From the NCBI GenBank assembly GCA_963976765.1, contig CAXBME010000022.1:1-64000 (forward strand): a DNA stretch of 64,000 bases, written 5' to 3'. The stretch's first letter is position 1. The number at the start of each line of letters is the position of its first letter. This document shows, piece by piece, positions 1-9,563 of this stretch. Both the position numbers and the translations under genes were made by a program. This DNA comes from an uncultured Planctomycetaceae bacterium (GTDB lineage Bacteria > Planctomycetota > Planctomycetia > Planctomycetales > Planctomycetaceae). The notes under the pieces are model-generated. The model ran no database searches. It was not told the origin of the DNA and was given only the letters and a program-made list of their open reading frames with translations.

Positions 1-643
1 GCTTTCGCATCTAACGCCGCTTGCAGGTCCGTCTGATCGGCCAGCGTCCCGGTGACGCCGCCCCAGGCCACGCCGCCGCCCGATGTCCGTTCTTGCCACG
101 CCGGCGAGCCGTCGTCGACGTAGAGCCAGTCGGTATTGGATCCGTCGCTGTAGACAATCCAGCCTTCGACCGGCGACGTGGCAACCCATGCTGACCCGTC
201 GAACTCCACGATGTCGTTCGCCGCCGCCCCGTCCCAGTTCGCGTGCGAGGAACCTGTTGCGTCCAGCAAATACCGGTCGCCAGAAACTTCAGTCGGTGGT
301 GCCGCCGTGTTGTCGACGCGGGCAATTACTGCTGACCGACGACTGTAGCCACTGGTCGCCGCTGTCACTTCCGCCGACGATGCCGCGCCGATCGTCGCTC
401 GCACGGTGGCCGCGTCTGTATCATCCAGGATCGTCAAGGCGAAGGCAGTGACAGGCACCGCTGACGTGGCACCACCCGTAATTCTCAGCAGCCCATCGTA
501 AGCCGACACATCCACTTCCAGCCCGCCACGCTCATGAGCCAGTGTGCCGCTGGTGATGTCGCTGGCTGAGTGGTTGTGACTGGTCGCCGCTTTCGCATCT
601 AACGCCGCTTGCAGGTCCGTCTGATCGGCCAGCGTCCCGGTGA
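1..643. repeat. Exact 55-bp direct repeat (1-55 and 589-643) inside the tail fibre gene
   Basis: gctttcgcatctaacgccgcttgcaggtccgtctgatcggccagcgtcccggtga occurs twice, 588 bp (196 codons) apart and in frame. The first copy may extend beyond the window edge. Confidence 0.95.
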
Positions 644-911
644 TGTCGCCCCATGTCGTTGCGGCGGCCGGCAGATTTTCGGGCAGCACTTTCCGCAGAC
701 CGGAAGCCGACGCATCGAATACGAAAATGTAGTCAGCGGCGGCGTCGATCGCCTCATCCGCTGTCGTTAATAGAGCCAGCGCCTTCAGCAGATTTTCGAC
801 CGTGATTTTCTTTGTCGTCGGTGAGCCTCCAACGTCGTCTACAACAGGCATTATGTCGGCCAGAGCAATCGTCGTCAGTTCATCAAGTTGGGTCGTTTTC
901 GCATCTGCCAT
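1..911 (-). CDS. Tail fibre / receptor-binding protein with DUF2793-like domain (3' part outside the window)
   Basis: Not in the ORF track. Manual translation from ATG 911 reads MADAKTTQLDELTTIALADIMPVVDD..., open to position 1. It has two WGx(I/V)TGTLADQTDLQAALDAKA motifs, an SHNHSASDITSG fibre motif and TAAPPTEVSGDRYLL...WDG...NDIVEFDGSAW...PVEGWIVY (DUF2793-like). Confidence 0.8.
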   Translation of the reverse strand, partial: MADAKTTQLDELTTIALADIMPVVDDVGGSPTTKKITVENLLKALALLTTADEAIDAAADYIFVFDASASGLRKVLPENLPAAATTWGDITGTLADQTDLQAALDAKAATSHNHSASDITSGTLAHERGGLEVDVSAYDGLLRITGGATSAVPVTAFALTILDDTDAATVRATIGAASSAEVTAATSGYSRRSAVIARVDNTAAPPTEVSGDRYLLDATGSSHANWDGAAANDIVEFDGSAWVATSPVEGWIVYSDGSNTDWLYVDDGSPAWQERTSGGGVAWGGVTGTLADQTDLQAALDAK

Positions 912-921
912 TGCACGTGCC

Positions 922-1770
922 TTAGCTGATCCCGAAGCGGGAAGAATAGTTAATTGCGGGGGCGACCTGTCGTGACCAGGCGGCGATTGGTCGCTTGATC
1001 TCGACTCCGGCAAGGGCGTCGTAAAATCGACCGTAGCGGATTTCGAGGTGGTCCCAACCTCGTTTTCCGATGCCTCGCTCCAGTCCGGGGATGACTACAC
1101 CTGTCCCGGTCCCCGTGTACAACTTCGATTCGCTGACCGCGAAGTCGAACCGCAGGCGACCGGTCTGTGTGGTGCCACCTGGATTCAGTCTGATGGAGCC
1201 GTCAAAGTCGCAGCCGAGGAACATCAGCTCGTGAGCCCGGTAGCCCCAGAAGGGAGACCTGTTCACAGCACCGGTGGCGATTGACAGGTTCCGCCAGAAA
1301 TTCCGAGAAAACAAAGAGAAGTCGACCGTGGCCTCCAGGCTGAAAACCGGCTGCGGCACAGTAATTTCCACTCCTGACACGTTTCCGTGTTCGTCGACTC
1401 CGATCGCTCCCTGAGTGTCCGGCGCAGGGATGACACCCGTACCGGGGTCGTACCCGACCGAGTCGAACGTTTCCAGGGCCTGAGTAATGACAGCCTTGCC
1501 GCCTTTGGTGCTCGCTGTCAGACGTACCTCGCCGACATCCGGTATCGCGTAGACGCCGTATGCCAGCGTTGCCTCATAGTGCTCGCTGGACATGTACTTC
1601 AGCTGCATGTTCATCAGCAGCAGATTGTCGACGACGGTCGGGACACTGTTGACCAGGGCGGCTTTGGCGAGTGATTCGTCCGGCTCGTCGAAGACGTACC
1701 AGTTAGTTGTGGTTTTCGGATTGATTCCATTCTCTGATTCGTAGAGGTCGCCTTGTACGACTCGCGCCAT
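922..1770 (-). CDS. Phage minor tail protein (distal tail/hub candidate)
   Basis: 282 aa directly after the tape measure, overlapping its stop by 1 nt; beta-rich. Call is positional. Confidence 0.65.
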   Translation of the reverse strand: MARVVQGDLYESENGINPKTTTNWYVFDEPDESLAKAALVNSVPTVVDNLLLMNMQLKYMSSEHYEATLAYGVYAIPDVGEVRLTASTKGGKAVITQALETFDSVGYDPGTGVIPAPDTQGAIGVDEHGNVSGVEITVPQPVFSLEATVDFSLFSRNFWRNLSIATGAVNRSPFWGYRAHELMFLGCDFDGSIRLNPGGTTQTGRLRFDFAVSESKLYTGTGTGVVIPGLERGIGKRGWDHLEIRYGRFYDALAGVEIKRPIAAWSRQVAPAINYSSRFGIS

Positions 1771-4700
1771 TATTCGCCCTCCACGGAAAGCTCGCCGATA
1801 TTGCTGGCGATCGCTTCGGTGTTCGCGGCAGTCTGTTCTGCGAAGCCCGTTTGTTTTTTTACCTCTTCTGCCAGTTTGTCGATTCCGCTGGCCGCTCCCA
1901 TCTGGCCGGCAGCTCTCGCGGAGAACGTGCCGGCGGAACCGGCATTCGCAGAGACCTGCCTGAAGGCGGCGACTCGCTTCTGAAGTTCGCTGACTGGCGG
2001 CACTCCAGCAGCGGCCAGTGCCTGTTGATCAAACGCGGCGCCACGGAAACCGGCGAACGGATCGGCAGCCTGGGCGGCCGCGAGTTCGTCCTGCATTTGC
2101 CGAACGCTCCTGCCAGTGACTTTGTCGACCGGCGATTCGTCACGAGGCCGGAATTTTTCGCGAGCCAGTTGGTCGCGTTCAATCCTGCTGGAAGCACTGA
2201 TGGATCGGTGTTTCACTTCCGCCAGCGACAGTCCGGTGACGGGATCAGTCGCGTCGTCATCTGGTGCCTTCTGTCGCCTTTTTCCCGTTCGAGCTTTGGC
2301 AAAAATGCGTTGGCGAGCTGCTGACATATCCGCCATTTCATTCCGGTTGGCAGCGATGCGATCATTGATCAGCTTCGTCTGGTCGGCGTCCTGTTCAGCG
2401 CGAGTCCGGACGGTGGATGTGATGTCAACTTTCTGGCCCTTCAGTTCCGCCAGCTTCGCCTTTGTGGCATCGATCTGAGCTTCCAGCTCGACGAACTGGT
2501 CGCGTGACTCCGGAGCGATGGATTCGGCGTGCACGGCAGCGAGCTGCTGTTGCAATTCGGCCAGCTTCGACTTTGCGGTATCGATCTGAGCTTCATCGAC
2601 TCCCAGTAGCTCCAGTTTCTCGACAGTCTCTGTCTGCCTGGTGATTTCCTGAGAAATCTGATTCCGCTTTGCGGAGCTGGCTGAGTCAGACAGATCGTCG
2701 GGCGTTACCAGATTGTCGAATTGTTTCTGTAGTTCGGCGAGTCTGGATTCGGCGGCGGAAATATCTGCATCGACCACCAGACTCTCTGGCTCGGTCAGTG
2801 CATCCTTGCGACCTCGCAGCTCGAACAGTGCCAGCTCTGCCCTGTGCAGCGCGTCGAGCGCTTTCTCTTCTTCGATCTTCAGTGCAACGGTTTGTGGCTG
2901 TTCGCGGAGTTCGTCGAGTCGTGTCTGAAGTCGATCGATTTCCGCGACGGTCGACGCGATGTCCGCTCCGGTGAGCTGCACGTTGAGCTGTCGCTGTGCT
3001 TCATCAGCCTGTGCTGTGGCTTCCGATGTGGCTGTTTCGATGCGAGCCTTGTCACTGGCTTTCTTCCGTTCGCGGTCTTCGTCGAGTGTGGCCAGTGTCT
3101 GCTGACGTTTCGTCTCAATGGCATCCTGCTTCTTCTGCGACTCGGTTTCGCGGGTACTTTTCTTCCGGTTGATGCCGTCGAGTTCCCGGTTGATCTGCTC
3201 ATCGATCTCCTGACGCAGACTTTCCGCGTCACTGCCCAGCAGCTTCGCGACGCCAGGGATGGAAACCAGAACTTTCGAGATGCCGCCGGTCGCTCGCTTC
3301 CAGAGCGACAATGCGGAATCAGCGGCATCAGCAGCAGCTTTCCGGATGGATTCCCAGACACTCAGAGCCGTTGATTCCAGGTTGATGAACACTGCCGACA
3401 GACCGAATGTCGCGTCCGTCCAGGACAGTTCCACGTCATCGGCCCCCGTGTTGCCGGTGACGAAACCGTAGAACGATGACCAGGCAGATGTCAGTGATTT
3501 TGACACGCCGGGGAACATTGATCCGAAGCCGGACCACAGATCACTCAGCAGCGACGTTGTCGCAGTCCAGGTGTCTTCCAGGGCGATCGTGACTGCGGTC
3601 CATTGAGGCATGAACGCGGCCGTCGTGCTGGCCCACATCGATTTCAGAGCGGACATGCCGACGTCAGCCGCTCCCTGCAGGTCGCCGGAACTGATGCGAT
3701 CGACAATACGAGACCAGCTCGACAGACCGACGGAGCTGATGGAGTTCCACGCCTGTGACGCACTGCCGGCCAGTCCGGAGAAGACACCTTTGCCGAAGCT
3801 GAACAGTCCGCTGAGTTTGTCGCGGATGCCGTCCGCTCCACCAGCCGCTCGAAACAGGGCATAGCCGATACCGCCGATTGATGCTGTCAGCAGTCCGGCC
3901 GGAGACGTCAGACCCAGCAGCAGACCCTTGAGCAGTCCGATGCCGCCCGTGGCGAGGCCTGCGCCGGTCGCCTTCGTGATGGCCAGCAGGCTGCCGGCGA
4001 CGCCCTTTGATGCTGTGGCGAGTCCACTGGTGAGCGATCGCAGAGAAACTTTTGCCAGAGCCGAGCTGGCGAACAGAGCTCGATGTCCGAGCGTGAACAG
4101 GCCGGTCCCGGCTATGGCGGTCAGTGTTCCCATTCTCATCAGAGCCGACGTGGCCGGCGACATTGATCGCACCAGCAGCGAGATGGCTCCCGATGATGCC
4201 GCTCCGACTTTCGCCAGAGCCATGCCGCTGCCACCGATCGACAGCTTCGCCAGTCCGACGGCCATCATGCCGAGCTGTGCGACGTTGGAACCAAAGGCAA
4301 TGGTCAGACGGGAGACAGCCGACAGCAGACCGCCGGTGAGTGCTCCCGCAGTACCGAGCGAGATCTTTCCGAGTGCTGCCATCGCACCGCCGGCAACGGC
4401 CAGTCCGGTGGACAGTACACTGCCGACACGGCTTCCGGCGGCCAGAGCCAGTGCCGGAAGTGAACGCAGAGCACTGCTGAGCGTGATGAACATCGTCGGC
4501 ATCTTCAGAGCGGCAAAGCCACGTCGCAGACCGACCAGTGATCCAGCCAGCCCGAAGACTCCACGAGTGACCACGGCAATCGGCGTCATCAGTGACAGCA
4601 CCAGACCGGCGGCCATGCTGATCGGACGGAAGGCGAACGCGGCGGCGGTGGCAGCCAGTGACAGCGTCATCAGTGCGCCACTGGTCAGGCCGATGCCGCC

Positions 4701-5849
4701 AGCCACCATTGCCGCCTGCTGAACAAGATCACGATTCGAGTCGATGAACATGGCGACGGACGATGTCGCCGCGGTGAGTCGATCGACGATGTCTCGCAGC
4801 CGGGTACTGACCGATTGACCGAGTGCAATGCCGACGGCTTCTGCTGCCGACTTCAATGCCCGGAACGAACCGCCCAGATTGTCATCCATCGTCGTGGCCA
4901 TGCGGGCAGCCGCGCCTTCGGCTCCCTGCATGACCTGCCGATAACGTTCGATCTCATTCCCGGCTCCGGACAGAATCAACGCGGACTTCGCACTGATCTT
5001 CCCAAACTTCTCGATGAACAGAGACAGTCGATCGGCTTCGCTCAGTCCCGCTGTGGCGGCGCCGAGATCACTCATCACGTCCAGCAGGTCTCGAATCGAG
5101 CCATCAGCGTTCTGCGTCTTCACCCCGGCGATGTCCGCGGTACGGGCGAGGACGACCAGCAGGTTCTTCAGGTCTGTGCCTGCGTTCGTCGCCTGGACTC
5201 CGGAGTTCCCCAGGATGCCGGCGGCGGCGGCCATCTCTTCAATCTGCTGACCAGCAGCGGCTGCAGCCGGAGCCGCGAACTTGAACGTCTCACCCAGCTG
5301 CAGAATAGAAACGTTCGCAGAGGCGGCGATCTGAGCCATGACATCACCGACTCGCGTCAGCTCGTCAGGTATCTGAAAGCCTCCGGCGACGTTGGTGACG
5401 ATGTCCGCCGCGACGGGCAGTGTCACTTCTTCACCGCCCGCGCGGGCGATGTTGAGCATCACCGGGAGATCGGTGGGAATCTGATCGATCGTGCGTCCAG
5501 CCTGTGCGAGAAACTCACCCGCGCCGGCGACCTGGATCGCACTGAAGGACGTGGTCGCTCCGAGCTGCTTCGCGACTTCCCGCACGCGGTTCAGTTCGTC
5601 GCCTGCAGCCCCGGTCTTGGCGGCGATGGCCGAGAGTCTGTCTTCGAACTGGGAGTAGACACTGACTGCCGGCGCCATGGCGGCCGCGGCCAGAGAGCCG
5701 ACGACAATCATGTGCCGGGAGAGTGCTCGCATGCCGCTGGCCAGTGAGCGCATCCGCTGCTCAATGCGACGGGCACCGGCCGCGATGCGATCCTGCAGCG
5801 TCACTTCGATATAGGCTCGTCCGGCTCGAATGCCTGCAGCAGATGCCAT
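1770..5849 (-). CDS. Phage tail tape measure protein (TP901-family core)
   Basis: ~1360 aa, Ala/Gly/Leu-rich. Motifs AKQLGATTSFSAIQVA, GVQATNAGTDLKN and MDDNLGGSFRALKSA are typical. Likely start ATG 5849 (MASAAGIRAGRAYIEV). Confidence 0.95.
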   Translation of the reverse strand: MASAAGIRAGRAYIEVTLQDRIAAGARRIEQRMRSLASGMRALSRHMIVVGSLAAAAMAPAVSVYSQFEDRLSAIAAKTGAAGDELNRVREVAKQLGATTSFSAIQVAGAGEFLAQAGRTIDQIPTDLPVMLNIARAGGEEVTLPVAADIVTNVAGGFQIPDELTRVGDVMAQIAASANVSILQLGETFKFAAPAAAAAGQQIEEMAAAAGILGNSGVQATNAGTDLKNLLVVLARTADIAGVKTQNADGSIRDLLDVMSDLGAATAGLSEADRLSLFIEKFGKISAKSALILSGAGNEIERYRQVMQGAEGAAARMATTMDDNLGGSFRALKSAAEAVGIALGQSVSTRLRDIVDRLTAATSSVAMFIDSNRDLVQQAAMVAGGIGLTSGALMTLSLAATAAAFAFRPISMAAGLVLSLMTPIAVVTRGVFGLAGSLVGLRRGFAALKMPTMFITLSSALRSLPALALAAGSRVGSVLSTGLAVAGGAMAALGKISLGTAGALTGGLLSAVSRLTIAFGSNVAQLGMMAVGLAKLSIGGSGMALAKVGAASSGAISLLVRSMSPATSALMRMGTLTAIAGTGLFTLGHRALFASSALAKVSLRSLTSGLATASKGVAGSLLAITKATGAGLATGGIGLLKGLLLGLTSPAGLLTASIGGIGYALFRAAGGADGIRDKLSGLFSFGKGVFSGLAGSASQAWNSISSVGLSSWSRIVDRISSGDLQGAADVGMSALKSMWASTTAAFMPQWTAVTIALEDTWTATTSLLSDLWSGFGSMFPGVSKSLTSAWSSFYGFVTGNTGADDVELSWTDATFGLSAVFINLESTALSVWESIRKAAADAADSALSLWKRATGGISKVLVSIPGVAKLLGSDAESLRQEIDEQINRELDGINRKKSTRETESQKKQDAIETKRQQTLATLDEDRERKKASDKARIETATSEATAQADEAQRQLNVQLTGADIASTVAEIDRLQTRLDELREQPQTVALKIEEEKALDALHRAELALFELRGRKDALTEPESLVVDADISAAESRLAELQKQFDNLVTPDDLSDSASSAKRNQISQEITRQTETVEKLELLGVDEAQIDTAKSKLAELQQQLAAVHAESIAPESRDQFVELEAQIDATKAKLAELKGQKVDITSTVRTRAEQDADQTKLINDRIAANRNEMADMSAARQRIFAKARTGKRRQKAPDDDATDPVTGLSLAEVKHRSISASSRIERDQLAREKFRPRDESPVDKVTGRSVRQMQDELAAAQAADPFAGFRGAAFDQQALAAAGVPPVSELQKRVAAFRQVSANAGSAGTFSARAAGQMGAASGIDKLAEEVKKQTGFAEQTAANTEAIASNIGELSVEGE

Positions 5850-5916
5850 GGTGATTGGCCTCCCTGCCAATCAGCGGAGCGATGTAGCAATGATCGTCTG
5901 CCGCGTTTCACGCGGC

Positions 5917-6138
5917 CTACTCGAAGGGATTTCGAAAGTCTTTACAGCCGAGTGCGGTCAGAATGAACGTGGTGTGATTCCAGTTCGATCGTGACCGGGC
6001 GGAATCCATGCGGTCTAACTGTCGGATGGTGTAGTTGCCGGGGTCGATGCCGAGTCGTCCGGCGATGCTCCAGACGACTGCGGCAATTTCGCGGAGTCCA
6101 TTTCGGCGGCCAGTCTCTGTTGCAGCGTCAGGCCCTTT
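5917..6138 (-). CDS. gpT-like frame of the tail assembly chaperone (putative -1 frameshift extension)
   Basis: The -1 frame overlapping the chaperone 3' end reads ...VWSIAGRLGIDPGNYTIRQLDRMDSARSRSNWNHTTFILTALGCKDFRNPFE*. No nearby start codon precedes the motif, and it sits in the G-T position before the tape measure. Confidence 0.65.
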   Translation of the reverse strand, partial: KGPDAATETGRRNGLREIAAVVWSIAGRLGIDPGNYTIRQLDRMDSARSRSNWNHTTFILTALGCKDFRNPFE

Positions 6139-6641
6139 GTCTGTGGTGCTCGCAGCAGGTCCGCGATCTGGTCGGGGGAGACCGAGCCTAATTCTTCGAC
6201 GTTCTTCTCGTGCATCGCGTTCAGCGAGCGCTGCAGCAACCTCAGCCGATCTCTGACCTCCCGGCGTTTCGTCCGGGTCGGGATAAAACCCGTGACCACC
6301 TGAGCGAGAGCCAGGCCGGAAGCCTCCAGAGGGGTGGCGATGTCGTCGTCGTCGGCATCCACGCAGCCGAAGAAATCATCCTTCCACTGCTGTGGCGTCA
6401 GGTTGAGAGCCTGCAGCTGATCAGCCACCAGATAAGCGATCACGTTGAACTGGATGTCGTAGTTGTCGAGGATCGCCAGCAGTTCCTGTTCGACGTTCTG
6501 CGGTGTCAGGTCGATGTTGAGGGCTTCGTGCAGCGATTCGAACTTCGACCACGGCAGCCGGAGCGTGAAGGGACGGCCTTTCAGGTCCGTGAACGTGGCA
6601 ACGTCTTTCGCGTCGATCGTGGAGCTGGTGGAGTCAGTCAT
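6015..6641 (-). CDS. Tail assembly chaperone (gpG-like)
   Basis: Acidic helical ORF (ATFTDLKGRPFTLRL...) between tail tube and tape measure; likely start ATG 6641. Confidence 0.7.
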   Translation of the reverse strand: MTDSTSSTIDAKDVATFTDLKGRPFTLRLPWSKFESLHEALNIDLTPQNVEQELLAILDNYDIQFNVIAYLVADQLQALNLTPQQWKDDFFGCVDADDDDIATPLEASGLALAQVVTGFIPTRTKRREVRDRLRLLQRSLNAMHEKNVEELGSVSPDQIADLLRAPQTKGLTLQQRLAAEMDSAKLPQSSGASPDDSASTPATTPSDS

Positions 6642-6796
6642 GTTTCCGGTTCCATGGAGGGATTTGAGGTTGAGTGTGCCACTGCTGGCTCGTCCAGCAG
6701 TGTTGTTGCTGTGTTCTGTTCGCACTTAAGGTCAGAAGGTGACGTGCGGTGAGTGGATGCATCTCACCGCACGTCGTTCCCTCTAACCCCTCCAGG

Positions 6797-7138
6797 TCAG
6801 GGCTTCGATTTGCTGGACGTGCTCGACGAGCCGCTGCCCGATGACGCCGGAGGCCCACCGGCACTGCTGGTCAAGCCAGCAGTGGCACCCGCTGCTTTGA
6901 ATGCGTCGTACTCACGAATTGCGGCGCGCAGATCACCGGCGGATGGAATGAAGTGTTTGTTCGGCGATCTCAGATCGCCGTCGGCTGCGTTCCATAATTT
7001 CGTGAGAAATTCGGTGCCGTCCGGTCCGTCCTGCATGGCTTCACAGAAGTCTTCGCAGTCGACTTCGACGAAGCGGCCATCACCAATGGACTCGTCAGCG
7101 ACGATCGCTCGAAGGCGATCAAGTGGTGTTTCAGACAT
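6797..7138 (-). CDS. Hypothetical phage protein
   Basis: AAGGA upstream of ATG 7138; within the tail operon. Confidence 0.6.
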   Translation of the reverse strand: MSETPLDRLRAIVADESIGDGRFVEVDCEDFCEAMQDGPDGTEFLTKLWNAADGDLRSPNKHFIPSAGDLRAAIREYDAFKAAGATAGLTSSAGGPPASSGSGSSSTSSKSKP

Positions 7139-7184
7139 GGTCAGTTCCTTCGGAATACCCGCCTGTGCGGGAAGAGAGCAGTCA

Positions 7185-7217
7185 GCAGACACTGCCGGCC
7201 TGTCCGGCAGTGCCTGC
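7185..7217 (-). terminator. Stem-loop downstream of the tail tube gene
   Basis: gcagacactgccgg...ccggcagtgcctgc inverted repeat; no clear U-tract. Confidence 0.55.
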
Positions 7218-7225
7218 TGGATTGA

Positions 7226-7693
7226 TTAGGAGGGGACAGCGGTATCGAAGACGGGCGCGTTGGTCAGCACGTCGCCAAGTTCCAGGGTGAATTCGACCTG
7301 CACAATGCCGTTCTTTTCCGCTCCCAGTTTGAAGCGGCTGCAGACCATCGGCATCTTGTCGTAGAGCACGCCGGCAACGGTGATCGTGCCGAAGGCGACG
7401 CCGATGATCAGCTCCGTGGCCACGTTGGTTTTCTGCGCGGCCTTGATCGCGATCAGGTCCGTGTCGCCGGGGCGGAAGTCGCCCTTCAGGTCGAGCTTCA
7501 CTTCCTGCTTGCCCAGCCGGTTGCCGACAAACTGCGATCCGTCGAACATCGTCTTGAGCACTTCGCGGACTCGCTCATAGTCCTTGGCGTTGATGGTCGT
7601 CAGTTGCGACCAGGTGGGAGACGAATAAGTGCCGCCGTTGTCGCGGTGCACCTTGAGTTCGTCGCTGCGGAGTGTTTCGTCGAGTCCAGCCAT
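7226..7693 (-). CDS. Major tail tube protein
   Basis: 155 aa, GTYSSPTWSQL N-terminus, beta-rich; canonical position before the chaperones; AAAGGA SD. Confidence 0.75.
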   Translation of the reverse strand: MAGLDETLRSDELKVHRDNGGTYSSPTWSQLTTINAKDYERVREVLKTMFDGSQFVGNRLGKQEVKLDLKGDFRPGDTDLIAIKAAQKTNVATELIIGVAFGTITVAGVLYDKMPMVCSRFKLGAEKNGIVQVEFTLELGDVLTNAPVFDTAVPS

Positions 7694-7738
7694 GGCTGAG
7701 TCCTTTCAGCGATTGAGTCGGTGGAGAGTGTGGATCGG

Positions 7739-8344
7739 TCAGAACAGAGACGGTTGCGTGAAGGTTCCGGAGGGTGAGCTGATCGATTCAGAACCGCCGA
7801 AACGGCCACGGAATCGACCGGGCAGTTGCGGCAGATGTTTCTGATACGCGGGAGTGATGTGCGGCCGCGGTGCGACGTACTTCTGCCGTCCGCGATTCTC
7901 ACCCCACGTGATGTTCGCGTAGCCGCCGTGTTCGAGTGTTTCGGGAGCGTCTGCGCCTTTGACGCCTCCGAGTTTGGCCGCTCCCACAACGACAGAGTCG
8001 CGAGTGCGGTCGTAGATGTAGTACGTGTGCTTTCTCAGCAGGTCAGACGCTCCACGTCGCGGAGCCTGTCCCGGTTCGCTGCCTTTGGTCGGCTTCTTTG
8101 GAGCGGGCCGGCCGGCCTGTTTCGCAATCCGTTGCCGTCGTTTGTGAGCCGCTCGCTGTTCGGTCGACATCTCCGCCAGCGTCATCTGCTTGCGGGGACG
8201 GATTGACTTCCGGTCCGTCTGACGAACGTCTCGACCATACTCCGACAGAATCCGCTGACTCTCCGGCGCCGTGCGGGCCTTGATCGCCTGCACGTCGAAG
8301 AAGTGCGACTTTGCGGATTTGATGTCGAAGTCAAAGCTGAACAT
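7739..8344 (-). CDS. HK97 gp10-like tail completion protein
   Basis: Basic protein with SEPGQAP, LEHGG and APRPHITPA motifs; likely start ATG 8344. Confidence 0.7.
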   Translation of the reverse strand: MFSFDFDIKSAKSHFFDVQAIKARTAPESQRILSEYGRDVRQTDRKSIRPRKQMTLAEMSTEQRAAHKRRQRIAKQAGRPAPKKPTKGSEPGQAPRRGASDLLRKHTYYIYDRTRDSVVVGAAKLGGVKGADAPETLEHGGYANITWGENRGRQKYVAPRPHITPAYQKHLPQLPGRFRGRFGGSESISSPSGTFTQPSLF

Positions 8345-8406
8345 TGTTGGGGTGAGGGCCAAGGGAAAGCGGATGGTCAAGGGCTGAGAACTCCTGGCTC
8401 TCCGCT

Positions 8407-8955
8407 TTATGTCACCGCGTCGAACGTGAATCGTTTCAGCGACAGGAACACGCTGTTGTTGAGCAGTTCGAGCGGGTCGTATTTCGCGACGTCCTGATGT
8501 CGTTTGACCAGAGAGTCGATCGTGGTCAGCCGTCGGCGTTGTCTGCGGTCTGCGTCTCCATCGGTGAACATGATCCAGTCAGACACTTTCCGGCCAAGTT
8601 GTCTCATCAGCGGATTGGCCAGCGAGTTGCCACGGTCCATGTGCAGTTCAATGGCGACGTCGACGGTGAATTCTTCCAGGCACGAAGAGTCTGTATTGAG
8701 TTCCCGCACGCCTTCCGGGCCGGCCATTACGGAGACGTTGAGGTTTTCGTCGAGGTCTCCGATATACGTCAGCGGTACGTCTCGTTTCGCGATGATCAGA
8801 TTGTCCGCCGCGATGGTGCGACCGGAGACCTCTCCGATGATGTCACTGATATCACTCAGCAGATCAGTGAAGTCTCCCGCTGTCTTACGGGCCTGCAGCA
8901 CGGTGAGCAGTTCATCAGCGGCGATGTCCGCCGGTTCGAGATGGCTTTGAGTCAT
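8407..8955 (-). CDS. Putative tail terminator / head-tail protein
   Basis: Position between connector and tail tube; start ATG 8955 or 9051. Confidence 0.55.
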   Translation of the reverse strand: MTQSHLEPADIAADELLTVLQARKTAGDFTDLLSDISDIIGEVSGRTIAADNLIIAKRDVPLTYIGDLDENLNVSVMAGPEGVRELNTDSSCLEEFTVDVAIELHMDRGNSLANPLMRQLGRKVSDWIMFTDGDADRRQRRRLTTIDSLVKRHQDVAKYDPLELLNNSVFLSLKRFTFDAVT

Positions 8956-8997
8956 GGGCTGAGGGCTTAGAGCTGAGGGACAAGGGGTCAGGGACAG
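8956..8997. repeat. Six imperfect tandem heptamers
   Basis: gggctga gggctta gagctga gggacaa ggggtca gggacag. Confidence 0.6.
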
Positions 8998-9077
8998 GCA
9001 CATTGCCAGGCAGATGCTGGCGATGGCACAGAGCAGAGTGCGGGATTTCATGAGCTGGGTTCCTTTGGGAATAACTG

Positions 9078-9476
9078 TCAGGCGTCGACGGTCCTGATGT
9101 AGTTGGAATGCACCCGGAACTGAGTCCCGGCCGCGTCAGATTTTTCATGGACTTCGCCCTTCGAGGTGCCGAAGGGCTGTATCCGATAGATTTCGATCTG
9201 TGCTCCATCATTGATGGGGCATTCGATCGTCATGTCTTTGAGCGGCAGAAATGTGTTGTCGCCCGTCGTGAGATCAGCGGCCGCGATCAGCCAGTCATGC
9301 GTCTGCATCCGCAGCGCCTGACCGGATGCCGCGAACGATTTTGCAACAGGATTGGTTTTGACGGCTTTAGCAATCGCCACCCGCGTCCCGTCGAGCATCA
9401 CGACGGTGATGGGCACGCCAAGTTCTGAACGAACATCAGCGAGACCTTCAGCAACTTCATCAGCAAAGTCGGTCAT
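9078..9476 (-). CDS. Head-tail joining protein (lambda gpFII-like)
   Basis: 132 aa, THDWLIAAADL motif, position after the capsid genes. Confidence 0.65.
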   Translation of the reverse strand: MTDFADEVAEGLADVRSELGVPITVVMLDGTRVAIAKAVKTNPVAKSFAASGQALRMQTHDWLIAAADLTTGDNTFLPLKDMTIECPINDGAQIEIYRIQPFGTSKGEVHEKSDAAGTQFRVHSNYIRTVDA

Positions 9477-9496
9477 GGTTGAGAGATTCAAGAACC

Positions 9497-9526
9497 GGCC
9501 ACTGCCAGCGATCACCGGCAGTGGCC
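9497..9526 (-). terminator. Stem-loop downstream of the DUF2190 gene
   Basis: ggccactgcc...ggcagtggcc, perfect 10-bp stem. Confidence 0.6.
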
Positions 9527-9563
9527 TTTGGAATGTGATTTCCTGAGAAATCTCAGGCAGTCA

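Noticed and set aside
1..660. Diversity-generating retroelement TR/VR pair: the first four mismatches beyond the 55-bp repeat are adenines on the coding strand of one copy
   Set aside because: Both copies are in frame within one gene, many adenines in the core are unchanged, similarity ends within ~15 bp, and no reverse transcriptase is present in the window.
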